IMG/VR virus record: IMGVR_UViG_3300042541_001664
Coordinates: 1-64,000 of that record
Direction: 5' to 3' (one strand)
Source: a virus
Length of the DNA stretch: 64,000 nucleotides
Shown one piece after another: positions 48,104 to 57,038 of this stretch (position 1 is the first letter of the stretch; every line of letters starts with the position of its first letter). Below the pieces are notes generated by a model, which saw only the letters and a program-made list of their open reading frames with translations, did no database searches and was not told the origin of the DNA. The position numbers and the translations under genes are program-made.

Positions 48104-48816
48104 TTTAATAAAATTTTTATACGATTTATCTCATTATTTAAGTTTTCATTATATTGAATTTTACCATCGCTAGATAATCCAGTACTATTAACAGAAATAC
48201 TTCCATCGCTAGATAGTCCAGTACTATTAACAGAAATACTTCCATCGCTAGATAGTCCAGTATCACGAACAGAAATACTTCCATCGCTAGACAATCCAGT
48301 ATCCTTAACAGAAATACCCCCACTTTTACTTGGAGCAGTATTGGTACCTTGGGTTGCATTTTTTATATCTGCTTGATTAAATTCTACTGATGTTTTATTT
48401 ATATGACTTAATGGGTTAACAGTTGAACCATTTTTCTTCATAGCAAAGTGTAGATGCGCACCCCTTGAACTTCCTTTATTTGGATCATCTGCACCGCCAC
48501 CACTATAACCTAATAGTGTTCCGCTTTTAACTGTTTGATTATTTGATACTGAAAATGACTTTAAATGGCAAAATATAGCCTCAAACCCATCACCGTGATT
48601 AATTTTTACAATTCCACCACATCTAGGCTCATCAGGTCTTACTTTTACAACAATCCCATCGGCTATTGCATATACTGGTGTGCCAGATGGTACTGCAAAA
48701 TCAACACCATCGTGTTTATATGACCCACGATTTTCACCCCATTTTGAACTTACTCTTGTGTTATTAAAACCTTTTATTGGTGGGGAGAATCTTTTTGCTT
48801 CATTTAAAAATTTCAT
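48100..48816 (-). CDS. M23 family peptidoglycan endopeptidase with a repeat linker
   Basis: HDGVD, HLK, GAHLHF; ATATTTAT at 48832-48839. Confidence 0.9.
   Translation of the reverse strand: MKFLNEAKRFSPPIKGFNNTRVSSKWGENRGSYKHDGVDFAVPSGTPVYAIADGIVVKVRPDEPRCGGIVKINHGDGFEAIFCHLKSFSVSNNQTVKSGTLLGYSGGGADDPNKGSSRGAHLHFAMKKNGSTVNPLSHINKTSVEFNQADIKNATQGTNTAPSKSGGISVKDTGLSSDGSISVRDTGLSSDGSISVNSTGLSSDGSISVNSTGLSSDGKIQYNENLNNEINRIKILLK
48164..48318 (-). repeat. Four 39-bp tandem repeats encoding ISVxxTGLSSDGS
   Basis: CCATCGCTAGA recurs at 48164, 48203, 48242 and 48281. Confidence 0.9.
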
Positions 48817-48853
48817 AATAGTATTTAATATATAAATATACTAAATAGTGTTA

Positions 48854-49453
48854 TTAAACAATATTCTTAGGTTTAAATATTTCACAAAATTTAGGAGCAT
48901 ATTGCTTATATTCGTTATATTTTATATAAATGCTTTTGTCTTCATTTAAAAATATATGTTTATTTTCATCTATTATTTTTTTAACGAAAAAAACATAATT
49001 ACTATCCTCGGCATATAATCTACCTAAATAATTGAAATATTCATCTCTTGTTTTTTTCTTTTTCTTGAAAATGAAATCTTGGAATAATTTATAATCTTCA
49101 ACACTATTAGTCCAGCAATTATATACAGAATATCCTTTATTGGAATACAAAGCAACGGTTGGTCTTCTTTCTGGTAATCTCATACCAAATAAATTATTGT
49201 TTTCCAAATAAATTGTGCTTGACATATATCCACTTTCTAGCATAGCTTGGGCAAATACGATATCTGGATATTCAATATCTTGGGATAAGATTTCAAAATA
49301 TACAAGTTTCTTTTTAGAAATTTCATCAGAAAATAAACTTATTAGTTTAATCTTTTCTGAATCAATTTCATTTTTTATGAAATTTGTTGTTAATAATACA
49401 ATAGTATTATCAAGAATTGAAATTAGAATTAAGGAAATTATTATTTTGTTCAT
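48854..49453 (-). CDS. Glucosaminidase (GH73-like) with an N-terminal hydrophobic anchor
   Basis: AQAMLESG, NNLFGM, YAEDSNY. Confidence 0.82.
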   Translation of the reverse strand: MNKIIISLILISILDNTIVLLTTNFIKNEIDSEKIKLISLFSDEISKKKLVYFEILSQDIEYPDIVFAQAMLESGYMSSTIYLENNNLFGMRLPERRPTVALYSNKGYSVYNCWTNSVEDYKLFQDFIFKKKKKTRDEYFNYLGRLYAEDSNYVFFVKKIIDENKHIFLNEDKSIYIKYNEYKQYAPKFCEIFKPKNIV

Positions 49454-49517
49454 AATTATTGTTTAAAAAAAAATAAACTAAGATTCAGTTGTCTAATTCT
49501 TAGTTTATTTTGTTTAG

Positions 49518-49936
49518 TGGAGACGCAGGGAATTGAACCCTGGTCTTGCTCGTAATTTAGTAAAAAGACTACATGCTTATTCCATAGATTCTGTATGGAC
49601 ACATAAGACAGTTCATATTTTTCCATTTGACCTGACAACTGTGGGGGGTTCACTTCCGCTATTTGCATAGACTTACAGGTAGCACCCCAAACCAAAACCT
49701 TTGACACAATAAGTAGTATCACACTATGAGGCTTCTGTTCCTGGGTTATATGCCCACCGACCCGGGGTTGTTATGACTACTAAGCCGCAACAACAGCATC
49801 TTCACGTACTAGACCTAAAGTTGCTAAAGTTTCTAAAGTGTTGCCAGTTAAAGGCTTGAACCAGTTTTTAATGAGGTTAATTCAGCCCCAACATGCCTTC
49901 TTACCCAATCCACGCCAATCGATCCCTTTCGTCCCC
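49518..49936 (-). ncRNA. ssrA: tmRNA; predicted tag (A)GNTLETLATLGLVREDAVVAA* at 49845-49780
   Basis: 5' GGGGACG pairs with 3' CGTCTCC-A including G3.U70; T arm CAGGG-TTCAATT-CCCTG; TAACT-GGC resume context; tag ends AA with tandem TAG stops. Confidence 0.92.
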
Positions 49937-49943
49937 TTGTCTT

Positions 49944-50003
49944 ATAAATATCATCATTTCTGTTGATGACACAAATATAGATCCCTTTTTTTGATTTTCC
50001 AAA
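49944..50003 (-). promoter_or_regulatory. Dual promoter for tmRNA
   Basis: TTTG(50003-50000)-N20-TATATTTG(49979-49972), plus ATATTTAT at 49951-49944. Confidence 0.7.
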
Positions 50004-50096
50004 TGGTTTTTTCATTTTCTTTTAAAAGAATTTGATTTGCTGTTTTGTGGATGGAATAATAATATTTAGTTATATTTATATATTAAAATATGAATT

Positions 50097-50687
50097 ATGG
50101 AAAAAGAAACATTAAAAAAGATATTCAATTTTCTTGAAAAGAATGATAACAGAAATGTACCATTTATTTGGAAATTATTAAATAATGAACCATTCACAGA
50201 AGAAGAATTAAATATTAAAGGTGATTTAAATTTATCAGAAACACCCATAGAGTCATTACCTAATGGTTTGGTAGTTAGTGGTGATTTAATTTTATCCGAA
50301 TGTGAAAGTTTACGTTCTCTACCAAAAGGATTGAAAGTTGGAGGTAGTTTGGATTTATCATATTCATTACATTTAGACTCATTACCTAATGGTTTAGTAG
50401 TTGGTGGTGATTTAATTTTATCTGGTTGTGAAAGTTTAGATTCCCTACCAGAAGGATTGAAAGTTGGTGGTGAATTGCATTTAGATAATAGTGATGTTTA
50501 TGAATTACCAAAAGGATTAGAGATTGGTGGGGATTTAATTGTTACTAATTCAGCATTAGAGGAATATAGTGATAAAAAGTTAAGAAAAATGATTCAACCT
50601 GGGTTTATAAAAGGTAAGATATTTTATAATAATGAGGATGCTGATAGTGATGATGATGATTATGATGAAGAAGATGATGATGATTGA
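50097..50687 (+). CDS. Capped LRR family protein, 5 repeats, poly-Asp tail
   Basis: Family caps; ATATTTAT at 50072-50079. Confidence 0.9.
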   Translation: MEKETLKKIFNFLEKNDNRNVPFIWKLLNNEPFTEEELNIKGDLNLSETPIESLPNGLVVSGDLILSECESLRSLPKGLKVGGSLDLSYSLHLDSLPNGLVVGGDLILSGCESLDSLPEGLKVGGELHLDNSDVYELPKGLEIGGDLIVTNSALEEYSDKKLRKMIQPGFIKGKIFYNNEDADSDDDDYDEEDDDD

Positions 50688-50704
50688 TTTAAATTAAATA
50701 TATA

Positions 50705-51238
50705 ATGAAAAAAGAAACACTAAAAAAGATATTTAAATTCCTTGAAGAAAATGGTGAGCATAATGCACCACTTATGTGGAAATTACAAAACAATATACCA
50801 ATAACAGAAGATGATTTGATTGTTAATGGTGATTTGAATTTAACAAAAACAGATATTGAATCATTACCAGATGGATTGAAAGTTGAGAATAATTTAAGTT
50901 TATATGGTTGTAAAAATATACAATCATTACCAGAAGGATTAGAAGTTGGGGGGCATTTGGATTTGGGATATTCAAATATAACATCATTACCAAAAGGGTT
51001 GAAAGTTGGTGGGAGTTTATCTTTATTTGATTGTGCAAATATAACTTCACTACCAGAAGGCTTGAAGGTTGGGCGTAATTTAGATTTAGGTTTTACAAAA
51101 ATAATCTCATTACCAAGAGGGTTAAAAGTTGAGGGCTTTATAGATTTGAATGGTACAAAATTAACAGAATACACAGATGATGAATTAAGAAAAATGATTA
51201 AACCTGGATATATAAAAGGAAGAATAATTAAAGTTTAG
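50705..51238 (+). CDS. Capped LRR family protein, 5 repeats
   Basis: Family caps and repeat. Confidence 0.9.
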   Translation: MKKETLKKIFKFLEENGEHNAPLMWKLQNNIPITEDDLIVNGDLNLTKTDIESLPDGLKVENNLSLYGCKNIQSLPEGLEVGGHLDLGYSNITSLPKGLKVGGSLSLFDCANITSLPEGLKVGRNLDLGFTKIISLPRGLKVEGFIDLNGTKLTEYTDDELRKMIKPGYIKGRIIKV

Positions 51239-51241
51239 TTA

Positions 51242-51592
51242 ATGGAAAAAGAAACACTAAAAAAAATACTTGATTTTCTTAAACAGAATGAGAATAGAAA
51301 TATTCCAATTGCTTGGAAATTAATAAATAATGAACCATTAACAGAAAAGGAATTAACTATTGATCGTGATTTGGATTTAAAAGGTTCAACTATTAAATCC
51401 TTACCAGAATATTTAAATATTAAAGATGATTTGGATTTATCTCACACAAAAATAACCTCATTACCAAAAGGATTAAAAGTTGGTGAAAATTTATATATTA
51501 AAAACAGCCCATTAACTAAATATTCAGATTATGAAATAATAAAAATGATTGCGCCTGGATATATTCAAGGTAAAATAGATAGAAGTTGGTAA
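51242..51592 (+). CDS. Capped LRR family protein, 2 repeats
   Basis: Family caps and repeat. Confidence 0.9.
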   Translation: MEKETLKKILDFLKQNENRNIPIAWKLINNEPLTEKELTIDRDLDLKGSTIKSLPEYLNIKDDLDLSHTKITSLPKGLKVGENLYIKNSPLTKYSDYEIIKMIAPGYIQGKIDRSW

Positions 51593-51595
51593 ATT

Positions 51596-52090
51596 ATGGA
51601 AAAAGAAACACTAAAAAAGATATTCAATTTTCTTGAAGAAAATGAAAGACATCAAACTCCATTTTTGTGGAAATGGGTAAATAATATACCATTAACAGAA
51701 AAAGATTTAAATATTGAAGGTGAATTGGATTTAACAAACACAGATATTAAATCATTACCAGATGGATTGAAAGTTTCTGGGGATTTGAATTTAACTGAAA
51801 CAGATATGGAATCATTACCAGAAAGATTGGAAGTTGCTGGTAATTTATATTTGGATCACAGTTTTATAAAATCATTACCAAAGGACTTGAAGGTTGGTGG
51901 GGATTTGAGTATTGAAGCCACTTACATAAAATCATTACCAAGAGGCTTACAAGTTGGTGGTGATTTATATTTGAATGATAGTTATTTGTATAAGACCACA
52001 TCCCTTAATGAATTAAGGGATATTGTAAAAAAAATGGTTGAACCTGGTTTTATTAAAGGTAATGTAATTTTTGATGACTATGATGATTGA
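51596..52090 (+). CDS. Capped LRR family protein, 4 repeats
   Basis: Family caps and repeat; acidic end DDYDD. Confidence 0.9.
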   Translation: MEKETLKKIFNFLEENERHQTPFLWKWVNNIPLTEKDLNIEGELDLTNTDIKSLPDGLKVSGDLNLTETDMESLPERLEVAGNLYLDHSFIKSLPKDLKVGGDLSIEATYIKSLPRGLQVGGDLYLNDSYLYKTTSLNELRDIVKKMVEPGFIKGNVIFDDYDD

Positions 52091-52107
52091 TTTAAATTAA
52101 ATATATA

Positions 52108-52587
52108 ATGGAAAAAGAAACACTAAAAAAGATATTTGATTTTCTTGAAGAAAATGATAATAAAAGAAAACCACTTATGTGGAAATTAAAAAACAATATA
52201 CCAATAACAGAAAAAGATGATTTGATTGTTAAAGGTAGTTTGGATTTATCTAGTTCAAACATAACCTCACTACCAAAAGGTTTGGAAGTTAAAGGTGGTT
52301 TAAGTTTATATGAATCAGAAATAATCTCCTTACCAGAAGGCTTGAAGGTTGGGGGTGATTTAGATTTAAGAAATTCATATATAGAAAGTTTACCAGAAGG
52401 ATTGGAAGTTGGGGATGAATTGGATTTAGCATATACATACATAACCTCACTACCAAAAGGCTTGAAAGTTGGGAGTATTTTGATTATAATTGAGAGTGAA
52501 TTATTAAAATATTCAGATAAAGAAATAAGAAAAATGATTGAACCTGGGTATATTAAAGGGAAAATAATTAGAGAATATTATAGATAA
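52108..52587 (+). CDS. Capped LRR family protein, 4 repeats
   Basis: Family caps and repeat. Confidence 0.9.
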   Translation: MEKETLKKIFDFLEENDNKRKPLMWKLKNNIPITEKDDLIVKGSLDLSSSNITSLPKGLEVKGGLSLYESEIISLPEGLKVGGDLDLRNSYIESLPEGLEVGDELDLAYTYITSLPKGLKVGSILIIIESELLKYSDKEIRKMIEPGYIKGKIIREYYR

Positions 52588-52611
52588 TTTACTATATTTA
52601 CATAAAAAAAC

Positions 52612-53409
52612 ATGGACAAAGAACTTTTAAAAGAAATATTATCAATCCCCTCGTATTCAGGCAAAGAAACAAAACTGGTTAATTTTATTACTAGTTATTT
52701 AAATATTAACGATATCAAATTCACAATAGATGAAATGAAAAACATTTATTGTGTAAAAGGTGAAGCGGAGTATTATCCTTGTGTCGTAGCACACACAGAT
52801 ACTGTCCATAACAACACTTTTATAGATGTTAGGACTGAACTTAAACCAAACTCCAAAAGAGTCTTAAAAGAGGCGTATAAGGGTTATGATGTAAAAGGAA
52901 ACCCAACAGGAATTGGTGGTGATGATAAGGCTGGAGTATTTGCTTGTCTTACTTTATTAAAGGAATTACCAGTAATAAAAGCGGCCTTTTTTGTTTCAGA
53001 AGAAATTGGTTGCGTGGGATCATTAAACGCTGATGCAAATTTTTTCCTAGATGTGGGTTATGCAATTCAATTTGATGCCCCCTTTGATTGGATGGTAAGT
53101 GAAATATCTTCTGGGGTTAGATTATTTGACAGAGATACTGATTTCTTCACAAAGATAGATAAGGTATTAACTGAAAACACAAATCCCCAATATCAATCAC
53201 ATCCATATACTGATATATTTGCCTTAAAGAAATTATTTGATTTTAGTTGTGTTAATATATCAATAGGATATTATGATTATCACACAAAGGATGAATATGT
53301 TGTTTTAGAAGATGTGGAGAAAGGAATTAAAATGGGCAGAGAAATGATAGAAAGTTTAGGATACGAGAAATATTACAAAAAATATAAACCATTAAGAATA
53401 TTAGGATAA
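52612..53409 (+). CDS. M20/M28-like metallopeptidase
   Basis: AHTDTV, GGDDKAG, SEEIG, YHTKDE. Confidence 0.85.
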   Translation: MDKELLKEILSIPSYSGKETKLVNFITSYLNINDIKFTIDEMKNIYCVKGEAEYYPCVVAHTDTVHNNTFIDVRTELKPNSKRVLKEAYKGYDVKGNPTGIGGDDKAGVFACLTLLKELPVIKAAFFVSEEIGCVGSLNADANFFLDVGYAIQFDAPFDWMVSEISSGVRLFDRDTDFFTKIDKVLTENTNPQYQSHPYTDIFALKKLFDFSCVNISIGYYDYHTKDEYVVLEDVEKGIKMGREMIESLGYEKYYKKYKPLRILG

Positions 53410-53413
53410 AAAG

Positions 53414-53440
53414 AAAATGGGGGTCAATGACCCCCATTTT
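53414..53440. terminator. Bidirectional terminator
   Basis: AAAATGGGGGTC/GACCCCCATTTT. Confidence 0.75.
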
Positions 53441-53443
53441 TGT

Positions 53444-55444
53444 TTAGTTTATAATAACATTTTCATCTGCGACAGTTAAAGCGTATTTTGTATTTTCTTT
53501 AACTATATTGTTTAATACTTCATCTGATATTAAATCTTCAATTTTATCTTGTATCGCTCTTTTAATTGGTCTAGCACCGTAAGTTTCATCGAATCCAACT
53601 TTTCTAATTAAATCAATTACTTTATCATCATAAGTGAATTCATAATTCGCATCACTCAATCTTTTCATTAATTTATTTAATTCTAATTTTGTTATTTCTT
53701 TAACATTATCATCTGTTAAAGTATTGAACACGATTGTTTCATCAATACGATTTAAGAACTCTGGCGTAAAGAATTTTTTCAATTCTTTTAATAACATTTC
53801 TTTTTTAGCTTCTTCATTTCCGTATTTTGAATTACTAAAACTAATACCAGTTCCAAAATCTTGGAATTTTTTAATCCCCAAGTTTGAGGTTAATACGATG
53901 ATTGTATTTTTAAAATTGACTGTTTTACCTAGGCTATCAGTTAGATGACCATCATCTAATATTTGCAATAGTAAATTAAATACATCTTTGTGAGCCTTTT
54001 CAATCTCGTCAAATAAAATGATTGAATAGGGGTTATTTTTAACTTTTTCAGTTAACTGACCACCTTCTTCGTGTGAAACATATCCTGGGGGTGAACCAAT
54101 TAGTCTTGATATGGTGTGCTTTTCTTGGTATTCACTCATATCAATTCTTATAATTGATTTTTCATCACCAAATAATTGTTTTGCTAATTGTTTGGCTAAC
54201 ATAGATTTACCTACACCAGTTGAGCCTAAAAATATAAAGCTACCGATTGGTTTATTTGGATCCTTAATGTTTAATTTGTTTCTCTTTATTGATTTAACAA
54301 TTGAATTTACTGCCAAATCTTGACCAATTACATTTTCTTTAAGTTTTTTATCCAAATCTATTAATACTTTCTTGTCGTCAACAGATAGATGAGATATTGG
54401 TATATTTGAGATTAATGAAATTGTTTCATACACATCATCTAACTCGACAATTTTCTTGTTTTCTAATGTATCTTTCTCAAATTTTTTATTTTCCGCTTCT
54501 AGTTTATTAAATAACTTTAATTCCTTATCTCTTATCTCGGCAGCCAATTCATATTGTTGGTTAATAACTACTTTCGTTTTCTCCGCTTTTAGTTCATTTA
54601 TTTTTTCCTTCAATTTTTTAATTGATTCTGGAATTTTAATGTCAATCTGTAATTTTGCACCAACTTCATCAATAATATCAAAAGCCTTGTCTGGGAAAGC
54701 ACGATCGGTAATATACCTATCAGCAAGTTTCACACAAGCACTAATAATTTCTTTACCATACGAAACTTTATGATGGGACTCGTATTTGTCAATTGAATTA
54801 TTAACAATTTGAATGGTTTCATCCACATTAGGTTGGGTTAATTTTATCTTTTGGAATCTTCTGGCTAATGCCCCATCTTTCTCAAAAGATTTTTTATATT
54901 CATCAGTAGTTGTTGCACCAATACATTGTATTTCACCAGATGCTAATGCTGGCTTAAATATATTAGCCCCATCCATAGCACCAGAGGAATTTCCAGACCC
55001 AATTAATGTATGTATTTCATCAATAAAAATAATAACATTTGGATTTTCGTTCAATTCTTGAATTATAACTTTTAATCTTTCTTCAAATTGTCCCCTATAT
55101 TTTGTTCCAGCAACAACCGATGTTAAATCTAAATTAACAATTCTTTTATTTAATAAATTTTGAGGACCTTCACCTCTTGAAATCATTAGGGCTACACCCT
55201 CAACCAAGTTGGTTTTACCACAACCTGGGTCACCAACAATAATCGGATTATTTTTCTTTCGCCTTGATAGGATTTGAGCTAATCTCTTAACTTCTTTATC
55301 CCTACCAATAGACATATCTAACTTATTCATCTCTGCTAATTTAGATAAATCCCTACTAAAATTATCTAAGACAGGTGTTTTAGACCCTGAGTTAGATTTC
55401 TTACCTTTCATTGCTTTTTCATCATCAAAGAAATCAACATTCAT
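53444..55444 (-). CDS. clpC: ClpC-type AAA+ unfoldase lacking the N-terminal Clp-repeat domain
   Basis: Two Walker A motifs (GDPGCGKT, GSTGVGKS), IDEIH, FDEIEKAH, UVR-like QQYELAAEIRD, ClpP-docking-like loop GISF; start at 55444 fits ATATTTAT at 55460-55467. Confidence 0.9.
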   Translation of the reverse strand: MNVDFFDDEKAMKGKKSNSGSKTPVLDNFSRDLSKLAEMNKLDMSIGRDKEVKRLAQILSRRKKNNPIIVGDPGCGKTNLVEGVALMISRGEGPQNLLNKRIVNLDLTSVVAGTKYRGQFEERLKVIIQELNENPNVIIFIDEIHTLIGSGNSSGAMDGANIFKPALASGEIQCIGATTTDEYKKSFEKDGALARRFQKIKLTQPNVDETIQIVNNSIDKYESHHKVSYGKEIISACVKLADRYITDRAFPDKAFDIIDEVGAKLQIDIKIPESIKKLKEKINELKAEKTKVVINQQYELAAEIRDKELKLFNKLEAENKKFEKDTLENKKIVELDDVYETISLISNIPISHLSVDDKKVLIDLDKKLKENVIGQDLAVNSIVKSIKRNKLNIKDPNKPIGSFIFLGSTGVGKSMLAKQLAKQLFGDEKSIIRIDMSEYQEKHTISRLIGSPPGYVSHEEGGQLTEKVKNNPYSIILFDEIEKAHKDVFNLLLQILDDGHLTDSLGKTVNFKNTIIVLTSNLGIKKFQDFGTGISFSNSKYGNEEAKKEMLLKELKKFFTPEFLNRIDETIVFNTLTDDNVKEITKLELNKLMKRLSDANYEFTYDDKVIDLIRKVGFDETYGARPIKRAIQDKIEDLISDEVLNNIVKENTKYALTVADENVIIN

Positions 55445-55497
55445 AGCTTTTATTTTTTTATAAATATCATACAATTTTCGGACTAATCAAATATTTT

Positions 55498-55561
55498 TGA
55501 CAAATTGTCATAAATATAATAAAGAATATGACAAATAGTCATACTATATGACAAAATGTCA
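55498..55561. promoter_or_regulatory. Three TGACA-N3-TGTCA palindromic boxes
   Basis: TGACAAATTGTCA at 55498, TGACAAATAGTCA at 55529, TGACAAAATGTCA at 55549. Confidence 0.8.
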
Positions 55562-55574
55562 TATAAAAATAAAT

Positions 55575-55589
55575 TGGCATTTAATTTGA
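55575..55589 (+). promoter_or_regulatory. Sigma54-like -24/-12 element
   Basis: TGGCAT-TTAAT-TTGA (GG-N10-GA versus consensus GG-N10-GC). Confidence 0.55.
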
Positions 55590-55630
55590 CTTTATGAAAA
55601 AAAAAATAAACATTTATAAAAATTAAAATT

Positions 55631-56044
55631 ATGAAAGACAGAGATTATTTAGCAGAGTTATTATTTGGATTATCAAATCCATTTGCCCCATCAAGTTCGT
55701 TTGGGTTTACATCAGATTCCACTTATGGACCTTATGGGGTTAAACATAATACCTATGATAGCGAATATGATATTGAATTAACTAAGGATGGCGCATACAT
55801 ATCCTTTGAAGTCCCCGGATTTACCAAAGATAACTTAGAAATATCTATAGAAGATAGAGTTATTATAATTAAAGGTGAAAGAATTATCAACAAGAAAGGT
55901 GTTGTTAAAAATATACTTCACAATTATAAAGTTGATAGTAACTTTAATGAATCAAATATTGAAGCTACGGTATCAAATGGTATTTTAACATTATTTTTAC
56001 CAAATTATATCGCTAAATCTAAAAAAACAATAACAATTAACTAA
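55631..56044 (+). CDS. Small heat-shock protein (Hsp20/alpha-crystallin)
   Basis: EVPGFTKDNLEISI...IEATVSNGILTLFLP. Confidence 0.85.
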   Translation: MKDRDYLAELLFGLSNPFAPSSSFGFTSDSTYGPYGVKHNTYDSEYDIELTKDGAYISFEVPGFTKDNLEISIEDRVIIIKGERIINKKGVVKNILHNYKVDSNFNESNIEATVSNGILTLFLPNYIAKSKKTITIN

Positions 56045-56476
56045 ATGACAAAAGTAAAAATTGACACAGCAAAAGGAGTTATGATTGCTGAATTGTATGA
56101 CAACGAAACTCCAATTACAGTTGATAATTTCAAAAAATTAATCAGCGAAGGCTTTTATAATGGATTAAATTTCCATAGGGTTATTCCCAACTTTATGATG
56201 CAAGCAGGTTGTCCAAATGGAGTTGGAACTGGTGGCCCAGGATATACCATTAAATGTGAGGTTAATGCTGATAAGCAACACCACGATAGGGGGGTATTGA
56301 GTATGGCTCATGCTGGTAGGGATACTGGGGGATCACAATTCTTCATATGTTATAATAGGCAAGGTGTTGCTCATTTGGATGGAAATCATACATGCTTTGG
56401 TAAAGTTGTTGATGGGTTGGATGTAATTGATTCAATTAGCCAAGGTGATTTAATAAATAGTATTTCAATAATTTAA
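56045..56476 (+). CDS. Cyclophilin-type peptidyl-prolyl isomerase
   Basis: FHRVIPNFMMQAG, LSMAHAGRDTGGSQFFI, HLDGNHTCFG. Confidence 0.95.
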   Translation: MTKVKIDTAKGVMIAELYDNETPITVDNFKKLISEGFYNGLNFHRVIPNFMMQAGCPNGVGTGGPGYTIKCEVNADKQHHDRGVLSMAHAGRDTGGSQFFICYNRQGVAHLDGNHTCFGKVVDGLDVIDSISQGDLINSISII

Positions 56477-56480
56477 AAAT

Positions 56481-56945
56481 ATGAAAAATTTTATATTATT
56501 TTTGGGTTTAATATCCATTTTTTCTTGTGAAAAAGAAGTTGTGCAAACAAAAGATGTTGTGAATGCAAAACAAATAAATGCTGTTATTTTAACAATTGAT
56601 TCTATAACAAAATATTCTAGCATAAATGAAGATTGGTTTTCAATTGCCTCAAATAAATCTTATAATGTTTCAACTAAATTTTTTAATAATGATTCATTGG
56701 GTAATATCACCAACTTAACAAATATGATAATTGATAGTAATTATAGTGTTGAATATAAATTATATCCATCAACCAAAAGTAATATAACTATTCTGGATAA
56801 GAATAAAACTGGGAATAATTTGGGATTACTTTTCAATATAAAGACAACAACACCTGAATTTGGTTTTATGGATGTTAAAGTTTATAACAATAACTGTGAA
56901 TCTATTTTCAAATATCAATATTCATTTATTGTAGCAACACCTTAA
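56481..56945 (+). CDS. Putative lipoprotein
   Basis: MKNFILFLGLISIFS-C lipobox. Confidence 0.65.
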   Translation: MKNFILFLGLISIFSCEKEVVQTKDVVNAKQINAVILTIDSITKYSSINEDWFSIASNKSYNVSTKFFNNDSLGNITNLTNMIIDSNYSVEYKLYPSTKSNITILDKNKTGNNLGLLFNIKTTTPEFGFMDVKVYNNNCESIFKYQYSFIVATP

Positions 56946-56972
56946 TATTATTTAAGTGTATTTTTCCATTAC

Positions 56973-57004
56973 ACCCCCATTCTTAATTAGTCTGGGGGTT
57001 TTTT
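56973..57004 (+). terminator. Terminator, near-identical to 62059-62090
   Basis: ACCCCCA-TTCTTAATTAGTC-TGGGGGT followed by a T run. Confidence 0.75.
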
Positions 57005-57038
57005 TATTTTGTTATATTTATATATAAAATATCAAATC

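Noticed and set aside
48164-48318. Regular repeats as a CRISPR array
   Set aside because: Contiguous 39-bp in-frame coding repeats with no unique spacers and no cas genes
49456-49722. 88-aa ORF on the minus strand
   Set aside because: Overlaps the 3' half of the tmRNA; non-ATG start; no protein features
41336-56476. Cellular chromosome origin suggested by clpP, clpC, ssrA and thyX
   Set aside because: These genes are interspersed with terminase, endolysins and many phage-type hypotheticals, share the phage promoter motif, and lack bacterial operon context
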